64,000 nucleotides of DNA, from positions 44,702,001 to 44,766,000 of the forward strand of contig NC_043013.1 in the NCBI RefSeq assembly GCF_006345805.1, written 5' to 3'. The position numbers and the translations under genes were made by a program. Shown here piece after piece: positions 1 through 13,657 of this stretch. Source of the stretch: Octopus sinensis (taxonomy: Eukaryota). The notes beneath the pieces were generated by a model that saw only the letters and a program-made list of their open reading frames with translations, was not told the origin of the DNA and made no database searches. Position 1 is the stretch's first letter; every line of letters begins with the position of its first letter.

Positions 1-4
1 ACTT

Positions 5-221
<217 letters not shown>

Positions 222-1457
222 TCCCGACGAATCTCATTGTACACTGTCTTGGCTACAATATCATACCTCATTGATAGATAATAACGCGATGACATTTTCG
301 GACAACTACTCATGATGTTGGTGATATCTTCGGTATTAATTCACAAAATCTGCATCGGTTATCACATTTCGGTGATTTTTATACTTCCCTTTACCTTTTT
401 TGCATCAAGAATTTGGTAGCTATTTATTGTTCCAGGATTGCAAATGTATACCATTCAAAATGAGAGTTAGTGATCCTGTTGGTCCACGATAGACTGCTTT
501 GATTATCACTAGAACTGCCAACCTGGATATTTCTGCTAATATATCCGTGCATCGTCTTCTGCGGATGTACACTCATCCATTTATTCGAGGATGTACTGCA
601 GTAGAGTCGTGCGACTTCTTTGGGCATGTATTCGAGATAATCAGACGGGGAATATTTCTCAAGGAGCTATTTTTGAAGTTTCAAAATATCTGCTTCGTGT
701 ATACAGAATTGGTCAATGGATGCACTACGACGCTTTGTAGTTAAATGATGTTGCCGAAGTGATATGATATGGCATTTAAAAGCTGTCTGAATCAATGTTA
801 AACATCTGCCCTCTTGTTTGCGTTTTTGGTAGAGGTGGTCTACGTTACTGTTGGTGCGAAAATTATCTGTGCTGGTCAGTATTTTCCGGTTTCTCATATC
901 AATGGTTTGGATCTTCTCAAGCGCCCAATCAAGTCGCCCAAATTTCGGTATGAGTACTGCTACAACAAACACACAGTGGCCACTGATTTATTGCATGCAG
1001 AGAATTCTGAGCTCCATATCATTTTTTTATCTGGCTGTTATATTCCTTAGTGACGCGTTTCTTGTTACAGGTACCATTGCAAGATATATTCCCACCTATA
1101 CCCAGCACCTGTAATATTCCTTATTAAGCGCGGATAAACAATCATTTACAGTCTTCCATCGTTTCACAATTATTCTTCAACATTTATCTTAACCAAAATT
1201 CAATACTTTATCCTTTGAGAATGTTGTAACTACATCAAGGGTCTTTTTCACATTATTCTCATTCCTGATATACAGCTTCAAGTCAACTCTAAAGAAGTAG
1301 TATGTAATCTTGGTACTTCTGTCTCCTTGTGAAACCAATGATATACCTCTCAGACTTCCTCAGCATGAATGACAGGGGCTTTACTAAGAGTATGAACAGA
1401 ATCACAAAGAGGCTGTCACATTCGAATAGGCCTCTACGATGCTGAATTTTAACAGTG

Positions 1458-1458
<1 letters not shown>
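222..1458 (-). mobile_element. Decayed R4/Dong-clade non-LTR retrotransposon (C-terminal RT plus CCHC region)
   Basis: Minus-strand translation across stops and frameshifts gives [14 protein letters not shown] (QGD-like), FFRVDLKLY (degenerate YxDD box), IDMRNRKILT...NSNVDHLYQKRKQEG, KTMHGY, SHFEWYTFAILEQ and CDNRCRFC...[18 protein letters not shown]. These match R4/Dong-type motifs. Confidence 0.85.
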
Positions 1459-1488
<30 letters not shown>

Positions 1489-1554
1489 TGTATGTATGTA
1501 TGTATGTATGTATGTATGTATGTATGTATGTATGTATGCCTTGTTAATATGCCT

Positions 1555-1655
1555 TTAGTGCCTTATTATTTAACACACCGGTTCGATTTCCACTCATACT
1601 TATTTACTTTTTTCTAAAATTTTCGTGATGTTTTGCAACCTTTCCAATAGTCGTT
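1555..1655. repeat. Interspersed repeat fragment; reverse-complement copy at ~37385-37480
   Basis: TTATTTAACACACCGG...AAAATTTTCGTGATGTTTTGCAACCTTTCCAATAG matches the reverse complement of the 37385-37480 region. Confidence 0.6.
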
Positions 1656-1862
1656 GACTCTGCTCGTTATCGGAGCTGCATTCTTTTTGTTTGTTGGTGC
1701 TCCATTCTTGTTTCTTATATATATATATATATATATATATATTGGTAAAATGGTAAGATAACAAAAGAATGAGACCTCAATATTATGTAAATAGAAGAAA
1801 TTTATCTGTAAAATAATATGTGACAATTATTCGGCTACCGAATAATTGTCAAACATATTTTT

Positions 1863-1944
<82 letters not shown>

Positions 1945-2121
1945 TATATATATATATATATATTTATTTATTTATTTATATATTTAGAGAAAAACCTCTA
2001 TTAAGCAATTCAATAGTGAAAGAGGTTATTCACAACATATAGAAAAAACTGAATATACTATAAAAAACATAATTCTAAAAATCAATAGAGTACATAAACA
2101 ATAATAGTAAATTGACTACCC

Positions 2122-2199
<78 letters not shown>

Positions 2200-2282
2200 C
2201 TGTTGTTCACCAGAAGCGATAAATTACAGGACTCAATACGAATGTAAAGTATTCTTTAATACTCGGAGTTGCTCGTATCAAT

Positions 2283-3670
2283 ATGTATGTATGTATGTAT
2301 GTATGTAGGTATTATGTATGTATGTATGTTATGTGTTGTATGTGTGTATGTTTGTATGTATGTAGTATGTATGTATTTGTGTGTGTATGTATGTATGTTT
2401 GTATGTATGTATGTATGTATGTATGTATGTTTTGTATGTATGTATGTGTGTATGTATGTATGTATGTATGTATGTTTGTATGTAGTATGTATGTATGTAT
2501 GTATGTATGTATGTATGTATGTTTGTATGTATGTATGTGTGTATGTATGTATGTATGTATGTATGTTTGTATGTATGTATGTATGTATGTTGTATGTATG
2601 TATGTATGTGTGTATGTATGTATGTATGTTTGTATGTATGTATGTATGTATGTATGTATGTATGTATGTATGTATGTATGTATGTATGTGTGTATGTATG
2701 TATGTATGTTTGTATGTATGTATGTATGTGTGTATGTATGTATGTATGTTTGTATGTATGTATGTATGTATGTATGTATGTATGTATGTATGTATGTGTG
2801 TATGTATGTATGTATGTATGTATGTATGTATGTATGTATGTGTGTATGTATGTATGTATGTTTGTATGTATGTATGTATGTTTGTATGTATGTATGTATG
2901 TTTGTATGTATGTATGTATGTATGTATGTATGTATGTATGTGTGTATGTATGTATGTATGTATGTTGTATGTATGTATGTATGTTTGTAGTATGTATGTA
3001 TGTTTTATGTATGTATGTATGTATGTTGTATGTATGTGTGTGTGTATGTATGTATGTATGTATGTATGTATGTATGTATGTATGTATGTTGTATGTTTGT
3101 ATTAGTATGTATGTATGTATATTTGTATGTATGTATGTATGTGTGTATGTATATGTATGTATGTTTGTATGTATGTATGTATTATGTATGTATGTATGTA
3201 TGTATGTAATGTATGTATGTTTGTATGTATGTATGTTTGTATGTATGTATGTATGTTTGTATGTATGTATGTATGTTTGTATGTATGTATGTATGTATGT
3301 ATGTATGTATGTATGTATGTATGTTTGTATGTATGTATGTATGTGTGTATGTATGTATGTATGTTTGTACGTATGTATGTATGTGTGTATGTATGTATGT
3401 ATGTTTGTATGTATGTATGTATGTTTTGTATGTATGTATGTATGTGTGTATGTATGTATGTTGTATGTATGTATGTATGTATGTATGTATGTATTTATTA
3501 TGTGTGTATGTATGTATGTATGTTTGTATGTTGTATGTATGTATGTTTGTATGTATGTATGTATGTTTGTATGTATGTATGTATGTATGTATGTATGTGT
3601 GTATGTATGTATGTATGTATGTATGTATGTATGTGTGTGTGTATGTATGTGTGTGTACATATATATATAT
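2283..3670 (+). repeat. ~1.4-kb compound (TATG)n microsatellite
   Basis: Direct tandem TATG with TGTG/TTTG variants; source of the MYVC and HTYI ORFs. Confidence 0.97.
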
Positions 3671-3775
3671 GTTTTTTTTTACGGTTCCGTGATAGAAAAT
3701 TCTGCAAAAAACAAAATACTTCATCTTGTGAGAGATAAATTTTATTTATTTAAAGGACACAATACACGTATTAAA

Positions 3776-3830
3776 GTGCTACTAATAGTTTCATATGCTG
3801 AGAAATATATCAAACATATTCCTCAGGCAC
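3776..3830 (-). ncRNA. Type I hammerhead ribozyme, canonical core
   Basis: Minus strand reads GTGC CTGAGGA ATATG...CATAT GAAA CT-ATT-AG-TA GCAC: 4-bp stem I, 5-bp stem II, short stem III, GUA cleavage triplet. Confidence 0.75.
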
Positions 3831-4103
3831 AAACCACATATCATAAAGAGCAAAAAATATTGAATAAAAAAGAAACGCGAAAAAAACTGAAAAGGCAGCA
3901 TATAGAAAACACATAAGGTAAAAAAGAGAAAACAAAAAACGGAAACCAGAAATACCCTTTAGACACCCTTTATAAATTTGTCTTTACACACGCACCCCCT
4001 AAACTCTCTGGGCAAGAGTACCCGTCGCTATACTGATTAGTATATATCTAGTACAAATCTTCTATCCGTCTTTCTTTCTCCTACTAGAGTATTCTATACT
4101 TAT

Positions 4104-4414
4104 AGTGGAGGCACATGGCCTAGTGGTTAGAGCAGCGGACAGGCGGTCGAGGGATCGCGGGTTCGAATTTCGGACTGGGCAGTGTGTGTGCTTATGAGCG
4201 AAACACCTAAGCTCCACGCAGCTCCGGCAGAAGGTAATGGCGACCTTCTGTTGACTCTTTCGCCACAACTTTCTCTCACTCTTTCCTCCTGCATCTAGCA
4301 GCTCACCTGCGACGGACCGGCGTCCCGTCCAGGTGGGGAACCTATACGCCAAGGAAACCGGGAAAACCGGCCCTTATGAGCCAGGCATGGCTCGAGAAGG
4401 AACAACACACAAAC
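4104..4414 (+). mobile_element. tRNA-derived SINE, family A, tail variant 1 (RTE-like 3' end)
   Basis: A box TGGCCTAGTGG, B box GGTTCGAATTT, body GAGCGAAACACCTAAGCTCCACG; 13-bp TSD ATTCTATACTTAT at 4091-4103 and 4415-4427. Confidence 0.9.
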
Positions 4415-4645
4415 ATTCTATACTTATTCCTCCTTTCAGTATTTTTCCAATCTTGGAACATCGAGCATTTATTTTTCCGTTGCTATGGGTTACTATCTAA
4501 CCATTCTCTTTGATCATGGATTTACCTAATCAGCAATTAGACTTAATTGGATTTCTCCTGTCTTTCTAGACATAATGACTAAAAATAACTACCATTGAAG
4601 AGGAATTTACTTCTTTGATTCCGCTGTTACATATGTTTAAGCTAT

Positions 4646-4730
4646 CTCTCTCCGATGACGGAGTACTCGGCCTATGGAATCCTCGCTCGATACGAGGATT
4701 CCATAGGCTGGGACATTCTAGAAACAGAGA
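4646..4730 (+). ncRNA. Decayed hammerhead-like motif with an 18-bp hairpin in stem II
   Basis: TCTCT CCGATGA...stem 4668-4685/4693-4710...GAAAC AGAGA; core has U4C and the NUH triplet is missing. Confidence 0.4.
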
Positions 4731-4813
4731 CCATCTAAATCTTTTATTATATAGCTAAATTGAATGTCCTTGTCAAGTCTTGCCGAATTGTTTGCCTTTT
4801 CTTTTCTGCTTTA

Positions 4814-4892
<79 letters not shown>

Positions 4893-4893
4893 C

Positions 4894-4979
<86 letters not shown>

Positions 4980-5044
4980 TTACATATATATATATATAAT
5001 CTGTGTGTGTGCGTGTACGGGCATACACATACGCACGCGCGCGG

Positions 5045-5085
<41 letters not shown>

Positions 5086-5096
5086 ACACACACACA
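4814..5096 (+). repeat. (TATC)n, (TA)n and (CA)n microsatellites
   Basis: Direct tandem repeats. Confidence 0.95.
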
Positions 5097-5249
5097 CGAG
5101 GAGGAGCAGTATTTCACAGACATGATTACAACTCACACATACAAATATCATAAGAAAATAGACGATAAAAATGAAAAATGAAAAATAATAAAATAGGGAG
5201 AAATAAAGAAAAAGGTAGGAGAAAACGATAACATAAAATGAAATAATAT

Positions 5250-5867
5250 TCTTTTCTACTCATCGCAAAAGGCCCGAAATTTTTGTGGGGGGGGGGGACA
5301 GTCGATTAGACCGACCCCAGCACGCAACTTGTACTTAATTTATCGACCCCGAAAGGATGAAAGGCAAAGTCGACCTCGGCAGAATTTGAACTTAGAACGT
5401 AATGACAGACGAAATATCGCTAAGCATTTCACTCGGCGTGCTAACGTTTCTTATTTCGTTATTGCCCACATGGGGCTAAACATAGAAAGGACAAACAAGG
5501 ACAGACAAACGGATTAAGTCGATTATATCGACCCAGTGCGTAACTAGTACTTATTTAATCGACCCCGAAAGGATGAAAGGCAAAGTCAACCTTGGTGGAA
5601 TTTGAACTCAGAACGTAGCGGCATACGAAATACCTATTTCTTTACTACCCACTAGGGGCCGCACACAGAGGGGACAAACAAGGACAGACATAGGTATTAA
5701 GTCGATTACATCGATCCCAGTGCGTTACTGGTACTTAATTTATCGACCCCGAAAGGATGAAAGGCAAAGTCGACTTCGGCGGAATTTGAACTCAGAACGT
5801 AACGGCAGACGAAATACCGCTAAGCATTTCGCCCGGCGTGCTAACGTTTCTGCCAGCTCACTGCCTT
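5250..5867 (-). mobile_element. tRNA-derived SINE, family B, three-unit head-to-tail concatemer
   Basis: Head AAGGC.G.GAGCTGGCAGAA, B-box-like GTTCTGAGTTCAAATTCC, central GCCTTTCATCCTTTCGGGGTCGATAAA (Deu/Nin-like domain by recall), repeated three times. Confidence 0.9.
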
Positions 5868-6167
5868 AGCCATGACAAATACTATGAAGCCATAATAGAT
5901 GAGTGTGTTTAATGAACAGCATAACTAGATTAATTTTATCTATTACTTATATTATCCAAATGCGATTATGTAAGAAAGTCTTTCTGAGGTTGTGGGGGAA
6001 CCTCATTAGTTTTCCATTATAATATTTTCGTTACATTTCATCATGTCCATGTAAATAAAATAACATTATAAGTTTAAAGAGAAACTAAAGAGGTACCCCC
6101 AGGGTCCGAGATGGGCTTTCTTGCATAATCACTTATAGATAATTATAACTAATAGATAAAATTAATA

Positions 6168-6170
<3 letters not shown>

Positions 6171-6238
<68 letters not shown>

Positions 6239-6240
6239 CA

Positions 6241-6299
<59 letters not shown>

Positions 6300-6300
6300 G
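6171..6300 (+). repeat. (ATT)n microsatellite
   Basis: Direct tandem repeat. Confidence 0.95.
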
Positions 6301-6340
6301 CAGTATTTAATTTTTCCTTCGTTATATCTTATTCTTTAAT

Positions 6341-6574
6341 AAGGCGGCGAGCTGGCAGAAATGTTAACACGCCGGCCGAAATGCGTAGTCGTATTTCGTC
6401 TATCGTTACGTTCCGAGTTCAAATTCTGCCGAGGTCGACTTTGCCTTTCATCCTTTCGAGGTCGATTAAATTAAGTACCAGTTACGCACTAAGGTCGATG
6501 TAATCGACTTAATCCGTGTATTTGTCCTTGTTTGTCCCCTCTGTGTTTAGCCCCTTGTGGGTAGTAAAGAAATA
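6341..6574 (+). mobile_element. SINE family B, single unit
   Basis: Full head to GTAGTAAAGAAATA tail; imperfect TSD ATATCYTATTCTYTA. Confidence 0.9.
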
Positions 6575-6706
6575 TATATCCTATTCTCTAATTTTCTTAA
6601 TTTTTCACTTTATTTTTTTGTTCTCTTATAAAACGTGTATGCATGTGTTGGATGCACGTTCGTATAAAACTGCTTTCTATTTTCGTGCACGCGCGCATGT
6701 AAGTGT

Positions 6707-6929
6707 ACTCTCTTTACTCTTTACTCTTTTACCTGTTTCAGTCATTTGAATGTGGCCATGCAGGAGCACCGCCTTTAGTCGAGCAAATCAACCCCAGGAC
6801 TTATTCTTTGTAAGCCTAGTACTTATTCTATCGGTCTCTTTTGCCGAACCGCTAAGTTACAGGGATGTAAACACACCAGCATCGGTTGTCAAGCGATGTT
6901 GGAGGACAAACACAGACACACAAACGTAT

Positions 6930-6962
<33 letters not shown>

Positions 6963-7192
6963 CATACACAATATATACATATATATATTCACAAACGAAT
7001 GCACACACACATATATACATATATACGATGAGCGTCTTTCAGTTTCCGTCCACCAAATCTACTCACAAGGCTTTGGTCGGCCCGAGACTTTAGTAGAAGA
7101 CACTTGCTCAAGGTGCCAGGCAGTGGGACTGATACCGGAACCATGTGGTTGGTAAGCAAGCTACTACTTACCACCTAGCCACTCCTACGCCT
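6707..7192 (-). mobile_element. CORE-type tRNA SINE, family C, full length with internal microsatellite
   Basis: Head GGCGTAGGAGTGGCT, CORE-like GGCACCTTGAGCAAGTGTCTT, tail GACTGAAACAGGTAAAAGAGTAAAGAGT. Confidence 0.9.
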
Positions 7193-7661
7193 ATGTATGT
7201 ATTTATTTGTGAGTTGTTTGTACGTGGTGTGCCTGCGTGCTCCTGTCTGTGCGTGTGTGTGCATGTATACGTGACGTGTGTGCATGTGCGTATTCATATT
7301 TTTATACTGTATTATATACAGCTAAATATGTATATTGATGTAAAATGTACGTATATACTTTGGAGTGGTGAAACCAATGATATTACATTGATATTACGAA
7401 ACGGGTGTAACCATATGGAAATCGCATGGCAGTAATAAATCTACATTCGCCTCTTATGTCTCGTGATTTTATGATCATTATTTATCCCACTTGGGGTGAA
7501 TGATAATCACATTTATTGCTTGCATATCCTGGATTTTCGGTTCCCTGGACAAGCTAAACAATATCGTAATTTAATTACCATGTAAACTGATAGCCGATTC
7601 CTTGCATGAGTGCTTACTGTGACTTCTGCTTCATTCTCTGAATGCAATTTTCTGTTTTATT

Positions 7662-7742
<81 letters not shown>

Positions 7743-7808
7743 TGTGTGCGTTTATCAATGTCGGCTTTATGTTCAGTTATAATAAAAGCAATTAAATAAA
7801 AAAAATAA

Positions 7809-7932
7809 AAAGGCGGCGAGCTGGAAGAAAACGCTTAGCGGTATTTCGTCTGCCGTTACGTTCTGAGTTCCAATTCCGCCGAGGTCGACTTTGCCTTTCA
7901 TCCTTTCGAGGTCGATAAATTAAGTACCAGTT
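7809..7932 (+). mobile_element. SINE family B, truncated
   Basis: Head and central domain to AAGTACCAGTT. Confidence 0.85.
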
Positions 7933-8248
7933 CGTCAGGTGATTCCATCATATATATATATATATAAATATATATATATATTTACACATATATAATCAAA
8001 ATAAGCAACAAGGATATCCAGAGATAATGCAGTATCGTTTCATGAAATTCCATTTAATTAAACAAAGCAATCATTTCATTACATCAATTTAAAATGTAGA
8101 GCAATCTTCAGCTGCACAAAGGCATAGAATTAAATTAGAGCAGAAAGACACATTAGTATAATTTTACCTAAGATCTCCAAGAAGTTTAGGAGATTGACAA
8201 AGAACATGTACCTACGACAAATTCGGGTGCCTCAACTAAATTTTACTA

Positions 8249-8261
8249 TTACATACATACA

Positions 8262-8292
<31 letters not shown>

Positions 8293-8770
8293 CACTACAT
8301 CATCACACATACATACACACATACTACATTTCACACATACATACACACATACATACATACATACAACAAATACATAATACATACATACATACATTACATA
8401 CACACAGATACATACATACATACATGCATACATACATACATACATACATTACATTATTACATACTACATACATGCATACATACATTCCCTACATACATTC
8501 ATACATACATACATATATACATACATACATTCATACATACATACATACATACATACATACATGTGTGTGTGTGTGTTTGTGGGTGTGTATGTGTTAGCAT
8601 GTGTGCGTATTATGGGGTGGGAATGCATGTGTGTATGTGCGTATGAGTGTATGTGTGTGTGTGTGCGTGTATATATGCATGTGTGTGTGTGCGTATGAGT
8701 GTATGTATGGGCATATGAGTGTGTGTATGTCTACATGAGTATGTGTGTGTGTGAATGTATGTGGAGCTAT
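8249..8770 (+). repeat. (CATA)n then (TG)n-rich microsatellite block
   Basis: Direct tandem repeats. Confidence 0.9.
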
Positions 8771-9139
8771 ACGTACGTACAAACAAATTTTGGAAGCACA
8801 ATAAGATTGAGTATTTTTCTTTAGAAGTTGGAAAAATGTTGCCCAGTCAGTATCTGGTGGGTACAGAGTTCGATTCCCCGTAGCCGCCTGTTGACAACTT
8901 TTTCCGTCTTCTAAGGGTAAACACCCAATCTTTCTGTGCTGGTTTCACAGCTATACTGTAAATAAATAATAAACGCATACATACATACATACATACATAC
9001 ATACATACATACATACATAAATACAACATACATATATATACATACATAAATATAACATCATACATACATACTACATACATACATACATACATACATACAT
9101 ACATACATACATACATACATAGATGTGTGTGTGTATTAA

Positions 9140-9350
9140 CGACATAAGAATTTAGAAACTTCGAGACACGTAAAGTAATTTGTTTTTTGACAGTATAATT
9201 TTAAATAAATTAAGAAATAAATAATAGCGTGTAAATATTGGGCTAAAAAGTTCTGCAGATAATGATAATAAAAACCCCTGGCTTCCCGTGGGACACGAAC
9301 CCATACCTCCTTCAAACATGACAGACGTTGTACCATTGAATCACCATTAC
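9140..9350 (-). mobile_element. Old tRNA-headed SINE-like fragment
   Basis: Minus strand has B-box-like GGGTTCGTGTCCC after TGGTGATTCAATGG; no full cloverleaf. A similar head (GAGTTCGATTCCCC) lies on + at ~8840-8885. Confidence 0.4.
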
Positions 9351-9423
9351 AAACGACTTAATATGTCTGTATGTATGTCTCTGTTTGCATGTATGTATCT
9401 CGCTTCCCACCACTTCTATTTCC

Positions 9424-9519
<96 letters not shown>

Positions 9520-9566
9520 TTATCTAGATTGATAGATAGATAGATAGATAGAAAAAAAGAAAGTTA

Positions 9567-9598
<32 letters not shown>

Positions 9599-9676
9599 AA
9601 TCTATCTATCTATTTATCTAGATAGATAGATAGATAAATAGAAAAAAAGAAAGTTATCTATCTATCTATCTATCTA

Positions 9677-9713
<37 letters not shown>

Positions 9714-9858
9714 ATCTATCTATCTATCTATCTATCTAGTTGTCTCTATACATCCATATAAGCGTGTATATTTATGTAGGCAAATATATACATGTATGTA
9801 TGCATACATACACAAAGACACACATACACGTATACTCAATCACATAAATGTGTGTGCA

Positions 9859-9895
<37 letters not shown>

Positions 9896-10525
9896 ATGTA
9901 TGTGTGTGTGTGTGTGTGCAGGATAATACCACAGTCACAATTATGTATTAAAGACGCCATAAACTTTGGACAGTATAACGAATTTTTCAATAAAAGCAAA
10001 CGATAAGAAGATCATTTATTCAACCAAATAGTTTCATTACTAATATTGTTGACGTTTATTTCAAATGACTAGTCTTCTATTTTAGAACATCATTTGAATA
10101 TCTACATGTGTATTTGGGTAGAACGTGTTGAAGTGCGTATTGTTATGTGCTGTGTTTATACATGCAAATGAGTCTGTGTCTGGTTTGAGTGTATGATAAT
10201 CTATACTGGTAATTACATTTGGGGGGGGGGAATCGAGCCCACACATCTCAATCAATTCAACTGCACCCATCTTTTACAGCCATATTTAACCAAGTCTAAC
10301 GTATGATATAAAATCGAATGTATATATATATATAATATTTACGTACGTATGTGATATTGCATACGTACACGCACACATATACGCACGCACAAATATAAAT
10401 AATATAATGATACAATAATGATATAGTATGTCAGCGACAATACATCGTCACTTTCAGTTTCATGTCCAGCTTATATCAAGTAATATATATTTATATATAT
10501 GTTTTATATATATATATATATGATC

Positions 10526-10567
<42 letters not shown>

Positions 10568-11023
10568 AATACATACAGACATACATACCTACATATCTAT
10601 ATATATAATAACACATTATAGATAAAACATATGCATACATACATACATATATGTGCATACTTACATCTATATGTATATATACATGCATATATATATGAGT
10701 ACAGGACACCAAAAAAAGCAGAACACAACGAGAAACGAAACATAAAAACAAAAACATGGAAACGGACTTTTTCAAACAACGAAAAGACAGAGTACAAGAC
10801 ATACAACACAAGGAACATTCCCCTTCTTCAGCTGCCCCTGCTTCGACTACTCCGTGTTTCGAAGGTAGAGAAAGAGAGAGAGTGAGGATGTATATATATA
10901 TGTACATACATACTTTTAAGTTTATTTCTGTAGGTTTTCTATTGAATTCAGAGCCAGAACTGCAATTCATCAGAACCTCATCTAACCCATTAACTATCCA
11001 CGAACACATTGCTTAAATACCGA

Positions 11024-11285
11024 CTAGGTTCAGTGACGTAACGCAATTGTATAGACCAATTTGCATATTAATCACATTCCTGACAACTGGTATGTAAATT
11101 TTAATTTCTGATGAGGCAACAGTATGCTGTTTTGAAATCATAATATACTACCAAGTACATTACAGATATACAAGCCCATATAGTGGCTTGCTGTCAGTCA
11201 GCAGTGCAATATTCATTAGCAATTGCCAGGGATGTGTTTAATATGCAAATTAGTCTATGCATTTGTGTTACACCGCAGAAACTAG
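11024..11285. mobile_element. MITE-like fold-back with 66-bp imperfect inverted arms
   Basis: 11024-11089 is reverse-complementary to 11220-11285 (e.g. CCAATTTGCATATTAATCACATTCCTGACAACTG vs CAATTGCCAGGGATGTGTTTAATATGCAAATTAG). Confidence 0.7.
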
Positions 11286-11344
11286 TTAGTATATACATAT
11301 ATAAATTTTTTTTCGTAATGAGTTAAAAAACCAAGGCAATGTAA

Positions 11345-11542
11345 ATTTTAGAACATTTATAGATAGAAGGTCTTACAGTTGTTTCCAGGATATTTATTAT
11401 ATCCCTTCATCGGGGATGGTGTGAGAGGATGGTTAAGAAATAGTTAATTTAGATAAGATATAAAATAGAGAGCGAGGTGGAGGAAATGAACGAAATAGAA
11501 GTGAGATAGAGAGAGAGAGAGAGAGAGATAGTAAGATAGATT

Positions 11543-11577
<35 letters not shown>

Positions 11578-11800
11578 TGGTGTTTATGCAAGTGTATTGA
11601 TACCTATGGTCTATTTAGTGTTTAAATCTTTGAATTCTTCACATAATGGGTTTGTTTCTAATTTACAAACGAATCTCTATCTTTGGAATGTAGACAACCA
11701 ATAGGTAAAAGTTCATTATCAAAATTTATAAAAACCCTACATATTTTAACGGTTTTGCTTACTACAGACTGACTTTGTAAGGACTTTGTCTCCTTGAAAT
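11345..11800 (-). mobile_element. Penelope-like 3' end remnant: decayed GIY-YIG C-terminus, (GA)n/(GATA)n UTR, decayed HHR
   Basis: Frameshifted LNTK*TIGIN resembles the PLE L.TL.P.GIN end; downstream CCGATGA-AGGGATA...TATCCT-GGAAACAACTGTA at 11371-11415. Confidence 0.45.
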
Positions 11801-12989
11801 AAAAAAGTAAAGGAAAAGAATTATATAGAAATATATGTATGCTCTTCACCCTTTGGTATAAATTCCGCAACATAAGAAAAGTAAATCTAGAAGCGATTCT
11901 CTCCCCTTAAGAAGCAGTCCTCATTACAACCACATCTTATTTTTTTCTTCATCTGAAAACATCTATATTTCTATGCTATTATTTTGCATAATCTCCTATT
12001 TGATTGCATATAAAATGCTCTTTCTGTCCCCTATAAAAATATCTCAGAAAAATCAACCCGGGTCCAATATGTGAAGCTGGGCTTCCTGTAAGCTCATTTT
12101 GTCTCTGGCGCTAATTTTAATGGCGGCTAATTTTAATGAAGACGGACTCTTCTATCAATAAATAGCCTAACTTACTCAAGATAACATTTGCCTAAACATT
12201 ATTATCACTGCTTAGATACATTTGTAATGTTTTGTAATGCAATGCTTCATTGCTTTAAGTAATACGTATCTTAACGCACTAAAAACTTTTTTCCTGAATA
12301 ACGGCTGCTGAAATTGGGGTGCGCCTAATGTAAGTATGTGTCTTCTAAGCGTTCATAATTTTGTCCGCAACTGTTCGACAAAATGAAGTCCAGCAAAAGG
12401 TTCAAGAACATAAAATAAGAAAAAACAACGAAGAACTCGTTACAATGCGAGGCAACATCAAAAAGAATTAAGAACAAACGACCAGGCAAACAAACCGGAA
12501 GAGATGAGGCTGACATTTGCCGTGTATATAAAAACTGCAGTGGGTTCCATCATGTAAGTTGAAGATGGTTGATATTTATCATTCATCACTTTTCCCCCTT
12601 TCTCCATGAATATATTGAATCCAGCCTGTATTTCTGTCTCCTCTTCTCTCTCTTCACCGCTTACCATCATATGAACCACTTACTTTTTACCACTCTCTAT
12701 ACTTCTCATCTTTCTTTTCGCACTTTCCCTTTTCTCGCTGCCTTTCTCTTCTCTTAATTCACTTCCTTTCTTACTATCGTTCCCACTTTCTGTCTTCGAC
12801 GCGTAATTCTCTTTCCTCTCCATTCTATAACACCCACAATATTTCTACCCTCTTCTTACTCTCTGTCTTTTAATCGCCTTTCATCGATATCCTTAATAAA
12901 ATTTCTGCATTTAATCTCCAATGTATATATAAAGGTGCTTTGGCTCCTTTATAGATATATTGAATATCAAAATAAATATTTTACCAAGA

Positions 12990-13255
12990 AAAATGTACAT
13001 CACCATCATCGTCATCATCATCATAGTTGTCGTAACTGCGCTGTCGTTTCTTCCTCGTCGTCATTGTCCTCCTCCGCCTCGTCCTCCTCCACCTCCTCCC
13101 CCCCGTTCGCCTCCTCCTCGTCCTCCTTCTCCTCTTCTTTTTCCTTCTCCTGCTCCCCTCCTCCTCTCCACTCCTCGTTTCACCTCCTCCTCCCCTCTTC
13201 CGCCTCATCCCCCCCGCCTCACCCTCCTCACCATCATCATCGTCATTGGCATTTT
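12990..13255 (+). repeat. (CAT)n/(CCT)n low-complexity tract
   Basis: Pyrimidine-rich trinucleotide repeats. Confidence 0.85.
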
Positions 13256-13657
13256 CATGTCGTCGTGACCGTAATAATCTCCTTTTCCAGCGAGACTCAA
13301 TACCTTATTTTGTCATAGACTATTAAAATAGTCTATCATAGTATAGATAGAAAGCTATCATAGAAAGCTACCATAGCATATTACTATTATTTAGGTTATT
13401 GTATTGCATGCTGTCGCGTCTATCGGTTTTACCGAAAACCTCTATCCACAAAATAGGTTTTTATTTTTGGCAGAACGTAATTTTTTTTATAGAAGAGATG
13501 TGAAGTGAGACAATGGGATTTTATGATGACCATACTTTTTTGAAACTGCTTCGATTTCACGAGATGGTCTTAATTTCCAGTTGAAGCCATTTTAGTTGAG
13601 CTTTCATTGGTAATGCCAATACGGAAAGCCAAGAAGGTTACAGCTCTATAAACGAAT

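Noticed and set aside
5250-5867. SINE B concatemers as CRISPR arrays or tandem retrozymes
   Set aside because: Units are ~200-bp SINE bodies with no unique spacers, no cas genes are present, and no CUGANGA/GAAA core was found on either strand.
10800-10870. Possible type II hammerhead (GAAAC...GTA...CTGAAGA on minus)
   Set aside because: Stem I does not pair and the stem II closing pair is a mismatch.
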